From Candidatus Poribacteria bacterium (GTDB lineage Bacteria; Poribacteria; WGA-4E; WGA-3G): 64,000 nucleotides of DNA. The DNA lies in assembly GCA_965205025.1 (NCBI GenBank), contig CBDBFU010000031.1:32001-96000 (forward strand). The letters run 5' to 3'. The notes beneath the pieces were generated by a model that was given only the letters and a program-made list of their open reading frames with translations, was not told where the DNA came from and did no database searches. Positions 39,501 to 48,519 of the stretch are shown piece after piece; position 1 is the first letter of the stretch; each line of letters starts with the position of its first letter. Both the position numbers and the translations under genes were made by a program.

Positions 39501-40545
39501 ATGCAGCAGGATAATATACCCCGGGTTCAGGTGAATTTCCTGCAGCCGCCACGAGAACACAACCACGATGAAATGCATACTCAACTGCTGCTTGAATTAG
39601 AAAAGCATTAACTGTGTCACCTAAACTAAGATTTATTACATTCGCCCCATTATCCGCTGCATAGACAATGGCTGCTGCAACATCGTCATTCTGAAGGAAT
39701 GAACCTAAACCACTCCGAAATCCTGCTCTTAATGTCATAATTTTACATTTACTTGCAATTCCTGCTATACCTATCCCGTTATCTGTTTCTGCGGCAATTA
39801 TTCCAGATACATGGGTACCGTGTCCTGTTTCATCATCTGGAGAATTATCACGTAGTACCCAATCTCCTTGACCAGGTAGAGTTGGAGCATCACTGAAATC
39901 CCAACCATATAGATCATCAACATAACCATTATTGTCATCATCAATCCCATTATTTGGTATTTCATCTGAATTATTCCATAATTGATTTTGTAAATCAGGA
40001 TGATCATTAATTACTCCACTATCAACAACACCAACGATTACAGACGGTTTTCCTTGTTCAATTCTCCATGCTTTAGGTATATTAATTACTCTAAGATTCC
40101 ACTGTTCAGAATAGTTTGGGTCAGAAACATCAGTATCAGAACAGAATTTCTTAAGATAATTCATTTCTACAGATTCAACAAGTACATTGTCAACACAAGA
40201 TTTTAGTTTCCGTTCAATATTAACGTCCTTTGAAAACCTAAGAAGATAGATATCTTTTAATAATGGATGGCGTCCACCAGGAGTTTCTGATGAGAATACT
40301 GATGAAATCATATCAACATGCATTCTTTCGCAAAATGATTTTATTTCTGAAAAAGGAATATTTGGCTTAAAACGAATGATCAATTCATGAGGTGAAAAAG
40401 GATAATTATTATTAAATCCATTATAATTGGAAGTTGTCTTGATTGATGATTGCTCTGATATGACTGGATGTATACATAAAATAATTAGAATAAGAAGGAG
40501 AGTTATTTTTAATAAAGTACGCATTGGATATAATAAAGTACGCAT
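36586..40545 (-). CDS. Secreted S8 subtilase with FG-GAP-like repeats, FN3 and T9SS-type-A-like C-terminal domain
   Basis: VVDSG, GHGTHVSG, SGTSMA triad; DLDGNG/DVNNDG repeats; terminal YPNP...IFNVSGNLI...GVYLY. Confidence 0.9.
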   Translation of the reverse strand: MRTLLYPMRTLLKITLLLILIILCIHPVISEQSSIKTTSNYNGFNNNYPFSPHELIIRFKPNIPFSEIKSFCERMHVDMISSVFSSETPGGRHPLLKDIYLLRFSKDVNIERKLKSCVDNVLVESVEMNYLKKFCSDTDVSDPNYSEQWNLRVINIPKAWRIEQGKPSVIVGVVDSGVINDHPDLQNQLWNNSDEIPNNGIDDDNNGYVDDLYGWDFSDAPTLPGQGDWVLRDNSPDDETGHGTHVSGIIAAETDNGIGIAGIASKCKIMTLRAGFRSGLGSFLQNDDVAAAIVYAADNGANVINLSLGDTVNAFLIQAAVEYAFHRGCVLVAAAGNSPEPGVYYPAALDEVISVASLDKNLQLGNSNFGSSVDIAAPGEDIISTDFNLPNNTSNKEGYRIRSGTSMATAHVSGVAALLISANPSCDNLHIRQWLKFSAQELSITNLVGAGVVNAYRSLTDQLHLNAQISFTSKPDEKGVISINGTAIGKGFIHYWLEYGVSEIPDLWYPIEFPQTKQIYSSLLQKWETSLLDEGIYTLRLSVKGVDRTIRDKRVIEIRHSSPVISRHEAGIWLNDNNLDSIVIWKTDVLSTGILELYNTGINSDQIENSSLRIVVSDSVNLQHIANLSTIGLPSGDYFYRLKAENRNGKSRIYDNAGRLFPLTITNQQIEPFNLLQSASADIGMHAIVSPKDLDGNGKLEIIGVKTGTNNQSIPLIYEKGNDNFIMTASLQHIVSRIWTTADTDNDGLIEILCNDSDTTFLLEQSKMGEFPNKKIWHLQGIWGGIIVDADMDGIPEIYSRHDASNSIWVYENNKNSNYRLVTRLDNPTAGVNTIATRFSSGDHDGDGRIEIVAGDVDGDIYIYENESNDQYDLSWNGKINEGIPQLFASGDLDGDSIPEFVIGSKVWTTQFDLPRQHWIISIYSSNGNDSFDIVWKQQIRELRDTDSGITIADVNNDGLNELSIAVSPNFYLIRYNGSTYHPIWHHPATQTFNPIVADLDNDSLNELIFNSDDMMNSYHSIDTLGKKEFIASPWNIIARPVDENTIRLDWHSSENTKYHIIYRGDTKDNLKSIRMNVKEMSYTDTKLKTGQSYWYAIKSVSGTGKQSMLSDMIECIANSPVEVVSAIYSPPNQLIIKFNRPMDITAANPARYKLHLVTDSSLDTNIHPNLTLKNVPISAILDQSHSRVVLTFLSGEIDESNSYKIETIELTDKNGMGIIESSRFFPVEVGSFTDIGMIAYPNPADGNQITFDKLPSGAKINIFNVSGNLIETLHFQESNIEGNRCQKVWMLDDISNGVYLYVIEYNHGRKVGTVSVLR

Positions 40546-40560
40546 TGGATATAATAAAGT
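40510..40560. repeat. 21-bp tandem repeat (2.4 copies) over the S8 start codon
   Basis: TAATAAAGTACGCATTGGATA x2 + TAATAAAGT. Confidence 0.9.
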
Positions 40561-40829
40561 CTGAATTTCTAAATATGTTGAAGTGACTTATGAATTTCTT
40601 CAGAATTTTTCATATATCTTTATATTATCCTTATTTTCATTAGGATTGTAATTTCGGTATTAATTTGTTATAGTTTATCAGTTAGAATTTCTTTAGATAA
40701 GTTATTTATAATTAGTTCTGTATAGTTTTATTTCTTATTGGAGAAAACACTAAATGTATATAATGCATTATATCAGTTGTATAGAATTAATATACTATAC
40801 AATCAGTATAAAATAAGTTAGGAGTAAAA

Positions 40830-42467
40830 ATGAAGGCTTCAGAACTGATGGTAAAATGTTTAGAAAATGAAGATGTCCAATACATCTTCGGTATACCTGG
40901 GGAAGAGAATCTGGATCTCATGGATGCGTTACTTGAATCAAAGATTGAATTCATACAGACTCGGGACGAACGTGGAGCTGCATTCATGGCAGATGTATAT
41001 GGACGTTTAACTGGATTGGCAGGTGTATGTCTTGCTACACTTGGTCCTGGTGCTATGAATCTTGTTACTGGTGTGGCAGATGCAAACATGGATAGAGCAC
41101 CTCTTGTTGCAATCACAGGACAGGCAAGTTTAGATAGAATGCATAAGGAATCACACCAATATATGGATGTAGTTTCTGTTTTTAAGCCAATGACGAAATG
41201 GAATACACTCATCCATTTACCTGATATCATACCAGAATCAATTAGTAAGGCATTTAAGACTGCAATTAGTGAAAAACCCGGAGCAACACATATTGACTTT
41301 CCTGAAGATGTTGCAAGTATGCAAATTGATTCTGAACCTATGCGACATGACTTTCCGAGTGAAGCTGAACCCGTAGAAGCATGTCTAAAACGTGCTGCAC
41401 AACTCATAAATGAAGCTAAACAACCCATCATTCTTGCTGGAAATGGTGTTGTACGTCAAGATGCTTCACGTATTTTAACACAATTTGCTGAACTGACAAA
41501 CATTCCTGTAGCACACACCTTTATGGGTAAAGGATGTATACCATGGACTCATAGACTTTCTTTGTTGAGTGTGGGACTACAAGCACATGATTATGTTTCT
41601 TGTGGCTTCGATAGAGCTGATCTTGTCATTGCAATTGGATATGATATTGTAGAATACCATCCACGCCTTTGGAACCCTAATCACGATAAAAAATTAATAC
41701 ACATTGATACTCAACCAAGTGAAAGTGATTCTTCCTATGTCACTGATGTGGAAATGGTTGGTAATATAAAACAAAGTCTTAGACATCTGATGAGAGAAGA
41801 GATTTTTCCAAAAGATTCTGAATATGCATCAAACACTTTAAGAAAGATAATCCTTGATCAATTATCTGAATACAGAGATGATAAGGAATTTCCTATAAAA
41901 CCACAAAAAATCCTAAGTGATATACGTTCTGTACTTGCTGAAGATGATATTCTGATTTCCGATGTTGGTGCACATAAAATGTGGATAGCAAGGATGTATC
42001 CTTGTTATCAACCCAATACATGTATTATTTCAAATGGATTTGCATCTATGGGAATTGCTGTTCCTGGTGCCTTTGTTGCCAAACTTATTTATCCAGAACG
42101 AAAATGTTTGGCAGTCTGTGGTGATGGTGGGTTTTTAATGAATTCTCAAGAAATTGAAACTGCAACACGGGTTGGTGTTCCATTTGTTACACTCATTTTC
42201 AACGATGAAGCTTATGGACTTATCGAATGGAAACAGATGAATGGTTTCGGCAGACCCGCACATATTGACTTCACAAACCCAGATTTTGTTAAGTATGCTG
42301 AAGCATTTGGAGCGAAAGGTTATCGCGTAGAAGGAAGCGATGAATTGATACCAATTTTAAATGATGCATTTCAACAGAATGTCCCCTCTGTCATAGATTG
42401 TCCTGTTAATTATGCTGAGAATCTGAGATTAACGGATGAATTAGGACAGTTAACTTGTCCAATTTAA
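40830..42467 (+). CDS. ThDP-dependent acetolactate-synthase-like enzyme (possible 2-oxoglutarate decarboxylase)
   Basis: IFGIPGEENL, TLGPGAMN, SDVGAHKMW, GDGGF...N ThDP motif. Confidence 0.88.
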   Translation: MKASELMVKCLENEDVQYIFGIPGEENLDLMDALLESKIEFIQTRDERGAAFMADVYGRLTGLAGVCLATLGPGAMNLVTGVADANMDRAPLVAITGQASLDRMHKESHQYMDVVSVFKPMTKWNTLIHLPDIIPESISKAFKTAISEKPGATHIDFPEDVASMQIDSEPMRHDFPSEAEPVEACLKRAAQLINEAKQPIILAGNGVVRQDASRILTQFAELTNIPVAHTFMGKGCIPWTHRLSLLSVGLQAHDYVSCGFDRADLVIAIGYDIVEYHPRLWNPNHDKKLIHIDTQPSESDSSYVTDVEMVGNIKQSLRHLMREEIFPKDSEYASNTLRKIILDQLSEYRDDKEFPIKPQKILSDIRSVLAEDDILISDVGAHKMWIARMYPCYQPNTCIISNGFASMGIAVPGAFVAKLIYPERKCLAVCGDGGFLMNSQEIETATRVGVPFVTLIFNDEAYGLIEWKQMNGFGRPAHIDFTNPDFVKYAEAFGAKGYRVEGSDELIPILNDAFQQNVPSVIDCPVNYAENLRLTDELGQLTCPI

Positions 42468-42564
42468 ATTGAATATCTTATGTGATATCAACCAGATTTG
42501 AAACAATAGAGTGGAATCTCAATACAAAGCATTATATAAAATTTTAAGAAGGTGATTTACTACT

Positions 42565-43605
42565 ATGGCTTTTTCAACAATTGAGTGGGATAATGGTAGG
42601 ATTAAATTAATTGATCAAACATTATTACCAAATGAGTTTAAATATATTTATTGTGATGATCTACAATCAATATGGGAAGCAATTAAATCCTTACGTGTTA
42701 GAGGTGCACCGGCAATAGGAATTGCAGGGGCACTCGGGGCAGTACTCGGTATATGGCATTCATCTGCCGACAATTATGATGCTTTTTCAAGTGAATTAAA
42801 AGACGCTACCGACTACCTTGCAACCTCAAGACCAACTGCTGTGAATTTATTCTGGGCACTTGATCGAATTACACATACTGCAGAAAAAAATAGTAAGTTG
42901 TCTATATCAGAAATAAAAAATATACTCCTGGCTGAAGCACAAGCTATTATAGAAGAGGATAAAGTTATGTGTCGTGCAATTGGTAGACATGGTATGGCTT
43001 TACTCAATGAAAATGATACAATTCTAACACATTGTAATGCAGGGGGTTTAGCAACATCTGACTATGGAACCGCATTAGCAGTGATGTTTAGTGCACATGA
43101 AGCTGGTAAAAAAATCAGTGTTTTTGCTGATGAGACCCGACCGTTATTACAGGGGGCACGACTAACTACATGGGAATTAATGCAAGCAGGTATTGACGTT
43201 ACACTTATATGTGATAATATGGCTGCACAAGTAATGAAAGAAGGAAAAATACAGAATGTAATTGTTGGTGCAGACAGAATAGCAGCAAATGGGGATACAG
43301 CTAATAAGATCGGGACATACAATGTTGCGATCCTTGCAGATGCACATGACATCCCATTTTATGTTGCAGCACCAACTTCAACTCTTGATTTTAATCTTAA
43401 AACAGGTGAAGAAATTCCAATTGAACAACGTTCATCTGATGAAATTACAGAAGGTTTTGGAAAGGTAACAGCACCAGAGGGAGTTAGAGTCTATAGTCCT
43501 GCTTTTGATGTTACACCTGCTTCTTTAGTCACGGCAATTATCACAGAGAAAGGTGTGGCAGAACCACCTTTTACTGAGAGTCTAAAGTCAATGTGTGTAA
43601 TCTAA
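42565..43605 (+). CDS. mtnA: S-methyl-5-thioribose-1-phosphate isomerase
   Basis: DQTLLP, VRGAPAIG, SRPTAVNL, THCNAGGLAT, ETRPLLQGARLT, ANKIGTY. Confidence 0.95.
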   Translation: MAFSTIEWDNGRIKLIDQTLLPNEFKYIYCDDLQSIWEAIKSLRVRGAPAIGIAGALGAVLGIWHSSADNYDAFSSELKDATDYLATSRPTAVNLFWALDRITHTAEKNSKLSISEIKNILLAEAQAIIEEDKVMCRAIGRHGMALLNENDTILTHCNAGGLATSDYGTALAVMFSAHEAGKKISVFADETRPLLQGARLTTWELMQAGIDVTLICDNMAAQVMKEGKIQNVIVGADRIAANGDTANKIGTYNVAILADAHDIPFYVAAPTSTLDFNLKTGEEIPIEQRSSDEITEGFGKVTAPEGVRVYSPAFDVTPASLVTAIITEKGVAEPPFTESLKSMCVI

Positions 43606-43620
43606 TATGACTGTTCTTAT

Positions 43621-44910
43621 TTATGCTGCTTTTACTATATTATTCCGTGTGCCCTCAATATCGAAGCATTCATATTGATTCTTATTCATAATACGATCGG
43701 CAAATGCCATTGCTTGTTTCTCTGTCATATATCCATCATCAATTTCCGCTTCAAGAGCCCGGCGAATTTCATTTCTTGCCTGAATAGCATATGCCATAGC
43801 ACTTGTAGGCCAACCTGTGTCACCACCGAACCCGAATAACTTATTTGATGGTACAGCATGTATACACCTACGAAGGAAATCACGGGAACTATAAGGATCA
43901 ATACTCCATGCCCAACAAAAATCAACCCATATATTACGATAATGTTTCGCTAAAGCAACCAACTCATCATTATATGGGTATGAGATATGCATTAGTACAA
44001 ATTTTGCATCTAAGTAACGCGAAAACAATGCACACATATTTCCTGCTGGAATACGACTAACAGGCATACGATCATTCCCAGCATAATAACCTGTATGGAT
44101 TTTAAATGGAAGGTTATGTTCAATTGTTAATTCTACACCACGTGCCCAACACCAGTCCCCAAGACATAAACGTGTTTCTACATCAATTTCTTCATTCGAT
44201 TTTGTCAACACATTTTGTAATGCTGCCGACGCTTCTTCATCTGACCGTTCTACCCAGTTCAGTGTGCGATTATAGGCATGTTGGGATTTGACAGCAATAG
44301 CATTTGGACCGTGCTTAGCAAAAAGTGCATCCATACTTGATTTAAGTGTAGAGAGACTATTGACTTCAATACCTACTTCTTCATAAATACTTTTCGTATC
44401 TATTTGTCCATTACAGAATGTCGCCCAAGACAAATCATATAGGAAGAAATCTGGGCCAGAAGTATCAGGATCACAATTCCAGCTAAAATCATCTGTTTGA
44501 ATATGATCAAGATTTGCAATGTCATGTAAAATTTCAAAACGTTTCCCAGGAATTTGAATTTTCTTTACTTTCTCCTGGGCAACAGCAAGGTTTTTACCTG
44601 TAAGTTCATCAAGACCATATATTTTTTTTGCTATGAGACTCACTGCTTCACCATAACCTGTAAATTGGGTTGATTCCCATGCATCTCTTATCCCTTCAAA
44701 CCTCGATTCTATGTCTTTAGATGCATCCATTAGGTTACCCATTGCTTCAGGTGAGGCACCAGCGGTATTTAGATCGGCGGGTACATAATTACCGAATAAA
44801 TCTTGAAGTATGTCAGGACCGTTTTCTACCCAATCATTTTCACGACGCATATGTTCATGTGTATCAACTAAGGATATAGATTGAATATGGCAAGTTAAAT
44901 CAGTAGGCAT
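43621..44910 (-). CDS. Amidohydrolase family protein
   Basis: VDTHEH, KIHTG, VLMHISYPY, FGGD. Confidence 0.85.
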   Translation of the reverse strand: MPTDLTCHIQSISLVDTHEHMRRENDWVENGPDILQDLFGNYVPADLNTAGASPEAMGNLMDASKDIESRFEGIRDAWESTQFTGYGEAVSLIAKKIYGLDELTGKNLAVAQEKVKKIQIPGKRFEILHDIANLDHIQTDDFSWNCDPDTSGPDFFLYDLSWATFCNGQIDTKSIYEEVGIEVNSLSTLKSSMDALFAKHGPNAIAVKSQHAYNRTLNWVERSDEEASAALQNVLTKSNEEIDVETRLCLGDWCWARGVELTIEHNLPFKIHTGYYAGNDRMPVSRIPAGNMCALFSRYLDAKFVLMHISYPYNDELVALAKHYRNIWVDFCWAWSIDPYSSRDFLRRCIHAVPSNKLFGFGGDTGWPTSAMAYAIQARNEIRRALEAEIDDGYMTEKQAMAFADRIMNKNQYECFDIEGTRNNIVKAA

Positions 44911-45040
44911 TTGTAGACTCCTTATTTTCCTGTTATTAGGATATCAATTCAGGGATGATAAATTAACAAAAAAAGACAACTCATCAAAATTTAAAATTTG
45001 TTAAGATTAAGATTAATTTGATTGAAATAGAAATTCAACC

Positions 45041-45073
45041 TTGACAAACGTACTTAGAATAATGTACTATAAT
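45041..45073 (+). promoter_or_regulatory. Putative sigma70 promoter about 200 nt upstream of the cold-shock-domain gene
   Basis: TTGACA followed after 18 bp by TACTAT(AAT). Confidence 0.45.
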
Positions 45074-45271
45074 AAGAATTATAATAATAACTTTATTTCC
45101 ATATATTCATTGAATATGTGTATAGGTGTTTGTGTATAGGTATTTTTATATTATAGTTTACTTTTTATCTATTTGAAAGAAAATAAATGAATTACTTCCC
45201 CGTATTCCCTCCACCAATATGCTATAACTTTAGACATCTTCCCATTTTCAAGAAAAACGCAGGAGCATAAA

Positions 45272-46195
45272 ATGCCTACAGGACGGATTAAGTACTACAA
45301 TCCGGATAAAGGATTTGGATTTATAGCTCAAGATAGTAGTGATGAGGATGTATTTTTACATAGTTCTGCCATAAAACATGCAGAATATGAAGAACTTCGT
45401 GTAGGACAACGTGTAAAGTACAACATCGTTGAAGGTGATAAAGGTTTGGTTGCAAAAAATGTCGAAGTTTTACTGACACCAACAGAACGTAGATGGTTAC
45501 GACAGGGAAAGACAATTATCCCGCGCGGTTACTCTGGCTTTCCTTCTCAGAATCAAGATCAATATTTTGATAGTGATACAGAATACTCTAAAGATATTGA
45601 TAATAACAATGTTAAAAACTACACCTATACCGATTCAGATGATGATCCAACAAAGAGAAAATCTCCTGAACGAACTGTACCTACCAGTATAGGGAAAGAA
45701 CATACCTCCAGACAATTGAGTTTTGGTGATCTGTATATTCTCAAGCAAATTAACTTCGAAACTCCAATGTTTTTTTCGTTATTCGATCATTTACAATTAC
45801 CTGCCATTGTATTACAGATGACCCTTTCTGGTTTGACTGTAAATTCAAATGGAAAGGAGATGGTAATACCAAAGAAAGACATAAAATATTGTTATAAGGA
45901 TGTAGATGCTGAAAATGTCCATGCATTATTAATCTATAATGAAGATATTAAATCACAACAACTAAAACCCATAGAATCACAAAAGGATAGTTATATTATT
46001 GATTCAGAAATGATCCGTCGTGCAAGGAAAGATGGAACTTCAATCAAAGTCATACTAAGAGAAGGTGAGATTTTTCAAGGTACAGTTGACTGGATCAGTC
46101 CCTATGAGATAAAAATGGTATTGAAAAACGGTTCGAAGGTAGTTGTGTTCCGTCATGCAATTAGTGCTTTTTCAGTTATAGATGGGGAGATGTAA
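45272..46195 (+). CDS. Cold-shock domain protein fused to two Hfq/Sm-like domains
   Basis: RNP1 KGFGFI and RNP2 VFLH; C-terminal IKVILREGEIFQGTV...VVVFRHAISAF resembles Hfq YKHAIS. Confidence 0.8.
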   Translation: MPTGRIKYYNPDKGFGFIAQDSSDEDVFLHSSAIKHAEYEELRVGQRVKYNIVEGDKGLVAKNVEVLLTPTERRWLRQGKTIIPRGYSGFPSQNQDQYFDSDTEYSKDIDNNNVKNYTYTDSDDDPTKRKSPERTVPTSIGKEHTSRQLSFGDLYILKQINFETPMFFSLFDHLQLPAIVLQMTLSGLTVNSNGKEMVIPKKDIKYCYKDVDAENVHALLIYNEDIKSQQLKPIESQKDSYIIDSEMIRRARKDGTSIKVILREGEIFQGTVDWISPYEIKMVLKNGSKVVVFRHAISAFSVIDGEM

Positions 46196-46196
46196 A

Positions 46197-46790
46197 ATGT
46201 CTATTAAACCAAATCAAGTCATGTCAAAATATAAACAACTTGTATCTGAAATAAACCAGGATGTAGACCGAATCCGTCAAGAGTATGGTAGGTATCCTTG
46301 TCCTACAAATTGTTTTCAATGTTGCAATAATACATCGACAATTCCAATAAGTGAAGTAGAGGCAAGAGACTTAAAAATTGGATTAGATGCCTTACCTAAA
46401 CAGATAAGGAAACATATACATCAAAAAGCACAAAAGACTATTAAGGTTTTAGAAAGTAAAGGTTTTACTTCAGATTCGATGACGAAAGATTCTGGGATAG
46501 ACGCAATCAATATAATTAAAGGAAAATCCTATGGACAATGTCCTATGTTAATAGGTGGTGTTTGTTCGGTATATGAACATCGTCCAGTCATTTGTCGTGT
46601 ATGGGGATATCCCATTGATAATGGTAATGAATTAGCTTGTTGTAGGAAGACTTTTATAGGACAACGCAGAGATTTCAATCCTGTGAAATACTCTCTTTAT
46701 TGGCAGAAATGTAAGACTCTAAGTGAAGATTTGGGTGTATTCAAGAAAACACCATGTTGCTATTTAGTTACACAGCTGATAGAGGAATAG
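46197..46790 (+). CDS. YkgJ-family (CxxCxxCC) Zn/Fe-chelating protein
   Basis: CPTNCFQCC, CPML...CSVYEHRPVICR. Confidence 0.85.
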   Translation: MSIKPNQVMSKYKQLVSEINQDVDRIRQEYGRYPCPTNCFQCCNNTSTIPISEVEARDLKIGLDALPKQIRKHIHQKAQKTIKVLESKGFTSDSMTKDSGIDAINIIKGKSYGQCPMLIGGVCSVYEHRPVICRVWGYPIDNGNELACCRKTFIGQRRDFNPVKYSLYWQKCKTLSEDLGVFKKTPCCYLVTQLIEE

Positions 46791-46855
46791 AAAATTAGAT
46801 TGAATTCCATCACCATCCTATCTATTGTACTAAAAATGAAAAATCTGTCATTCGT

Positions 46856-47161
46856 CTATGAATCTATTAATTTACGTAAGAAATCATAGGTATATATACC
46901 TGTTTTGTGTCCGTCGCTCCACTGAATTCGAATAGCGTATCTACCAACCTTCTGTATATTCACAATTTGTAGATTTTCCCAATATTCCTCGGACGGTAAT
47001 ATCTGTAAAGGATTTTCTTCATTTCTAACTGCATCACACCTGGCACAAGGACAATTTTGTCTTAATATTCGGTAGGTGCATTCTGATTCAATCCCATCTT
47101 TCCATTCAATATATAGACTATTCGATAGACGTTTGATTTCAACTGGTTGATATTCATTCAT
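46856..47161 (-). CDS. DUF971 / GBBH-like N-terminal domain protein
   Basis: LRQNCPCARC, VGRYAIRIQWSDGHKTGIY. Confidence 0.9.
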   Translation of the reverse strand: MNEYQPVEIKRLSNSLYIEWKDGIESECTYRILRQNCPCARCDAVRNEENPLQILPSEEYWENLQIVNIQKVGRYAIRIQWSDGHKTGIYTYDFLRKLIDS

Positions 47162-47219
47162 ATTATTTCAATCATCATATATATATAGGATTTACTAATC
47201 ATGCTGTGTTGATTCTAAA

Positions 47220-47483
47220 TTATAGAAAGTAATCAGCGTTGATTTGAGTGTAATGTTCCCACTCATCGGGAATATCTTCTTCCAAAAATATCGCCTCGAC
47301 CGGACACTCAGGTTCACATACACCACAATCTATACATTCTTGAGGATCAATATAGAGTTGATTCACCAATTGATATTCATCGGGTTGATCAATTGGATTA
47401 GGTTGTATACAATCTACAGGACATACATCTATACATGCATTGTCTTTTAAATCAATACAAGGTTCGCATATTACATAGGTCAT
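47220..47483 (-). CDS. 7Fe-type ferredoxin
   Basis: MTYVICEPC...CIDVCPVDCI...CIDCGVCEPECPVEAI; GGAG RBS. Confidence 0.92.
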   Translation of the reverse strand: MTYVICEPCIDLKDNACIDVCPVDCIQPNPIDQPDEYQLVNQLYIDPQECIDCGVCEPECPVEAIFLEEDIPDEWEHYTQINADYFL

Positions 47484-47543
47484 ATTTTTTCTCCCATCGT
47501 AATAGAGTTTCGACATTATGAATTATGCGTAACTTTATTCTTG

Positions 47544-47572
47544 ATGGTACCATTTGTATATAGTGATGTCAA
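47544..47572 (-). promoter_or_regulatory. Putative sigma70 promoter for the ferredoxin
   Basis: TTGACA-17 bp-TACCAT with extended -10 TG on the minus strand. Confidence 0.55.
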
Positions 47573-47661
47573 TCATGACAAAAAGCTTAATTTTACAGAA
47601 AATCCAATGTAGTGTTAAAATTTGTTTTTGAATAAAATGTAAATCAAGTAAGATACACTAA

Positions 47662-48474
47662 TTAATCTACCGCAACAATAGAGATTTTCCATTTATCAGC
47701 TTGTGGATAGAGAGTATTTGGTTCCATAATAAAAGTTCGTTTTGCTTCTACTGCTAATACACTACCTTTTACAGAATGAATTGTCTTTAATGTTCCCATA
47801 CCTACCGTTGGAACGTCAATACGAAAATCGTGATCTACTGATGCAGCTTTAGCAACAATAACCCCTTTACCACCCAATTCACCACCCCTACAGATTGTAA
47901 GGTCTGTCCCATCAATAGCTTCCGCAGCCAAGACAATTTGATTCTTTATTACAACAGTCTGTCCTATATCAAGATTCGCAATCTCTTTAGCAATTTTCAT
48001 TCCTAAATTAATATCTTCCCATTGTGCACTTGTAGGTTTCCGTTTAGTAAGAACACCTGGGTCTGGTAACAAATGTGTAAGATAGAAATCCTGATTTAAT
48101 ATTGAAAATCCTGACTCCTCAAAGTGGCTAAGGATTGCAGATACGATTGATGAAGGATTTTTGCGATGTCGTGTTAATAATCTAATTGCGGTTGCATCGA
48201 TTTCAAATGGATTTAATAAAATACTTGGGTCGACTTTACCAATGAGAATCAAATGCGAAACATTCAAATCCAGGAGTTTTTGTGTGATTTTTCCAATCTG
48301 TCCAACTCCATATTCATAAATTTCACAGTGTAAATCTAAATAACGATGTTGATCATCCTTTGAAACCTTAATAATTACGGGGTGTTGACCTTGTTCTATT
48401 GCACACTTAGCAACAATGAATGGGAGATCACCAACTCCAGCAATAATACCCAATTTATCAATTTCATTTCTCAT
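47662..48474 (-). CDS. lpxI: UDP-2,3-diacylglucosamine diphosphatase LpxI
   Basis: LGIIAGVGDLP, LDIGQTVV, AEAIDGTD, DFRIDVPTVG. Confidence 0.9.
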   Translation of the reverse strand: MRNEIDKLGIIAGVGDLPFIVAKCAIEQGQHPVIIKVSKDDQHRYLDLHCEIYEYGVGQIGKITQKLLDLNVSHLILIGKVDPSILLNPFEIDATAIRLLTRHRKNPSSIVSAILSHFEESGFSILNQDFYLTHLLPDPGVLTKRKPTSAQWEDINLGMKIAKEIANLDIGQTVVIKNQIVLAAEAIDGTDLTICRGGELGGKGVIVAKAASVDHDFRIDVPTVGMGTLKTIHSVKGSVLAVEAKRTFIMEPNTLYPQADKWKISIVAVD

Positions 48475-48519
48475 ACAATATCGGATTATATTTAATCATA
48501 TTACTAACCTAATAAGGAA

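Noticed and set aside
40787-41431. 214-aa antisense ORF
   Set aside because: Shadow of the conserved ThDP enzyme on the opposite strand; the same applies to the many 60-135 aa ORFs nested in real genes
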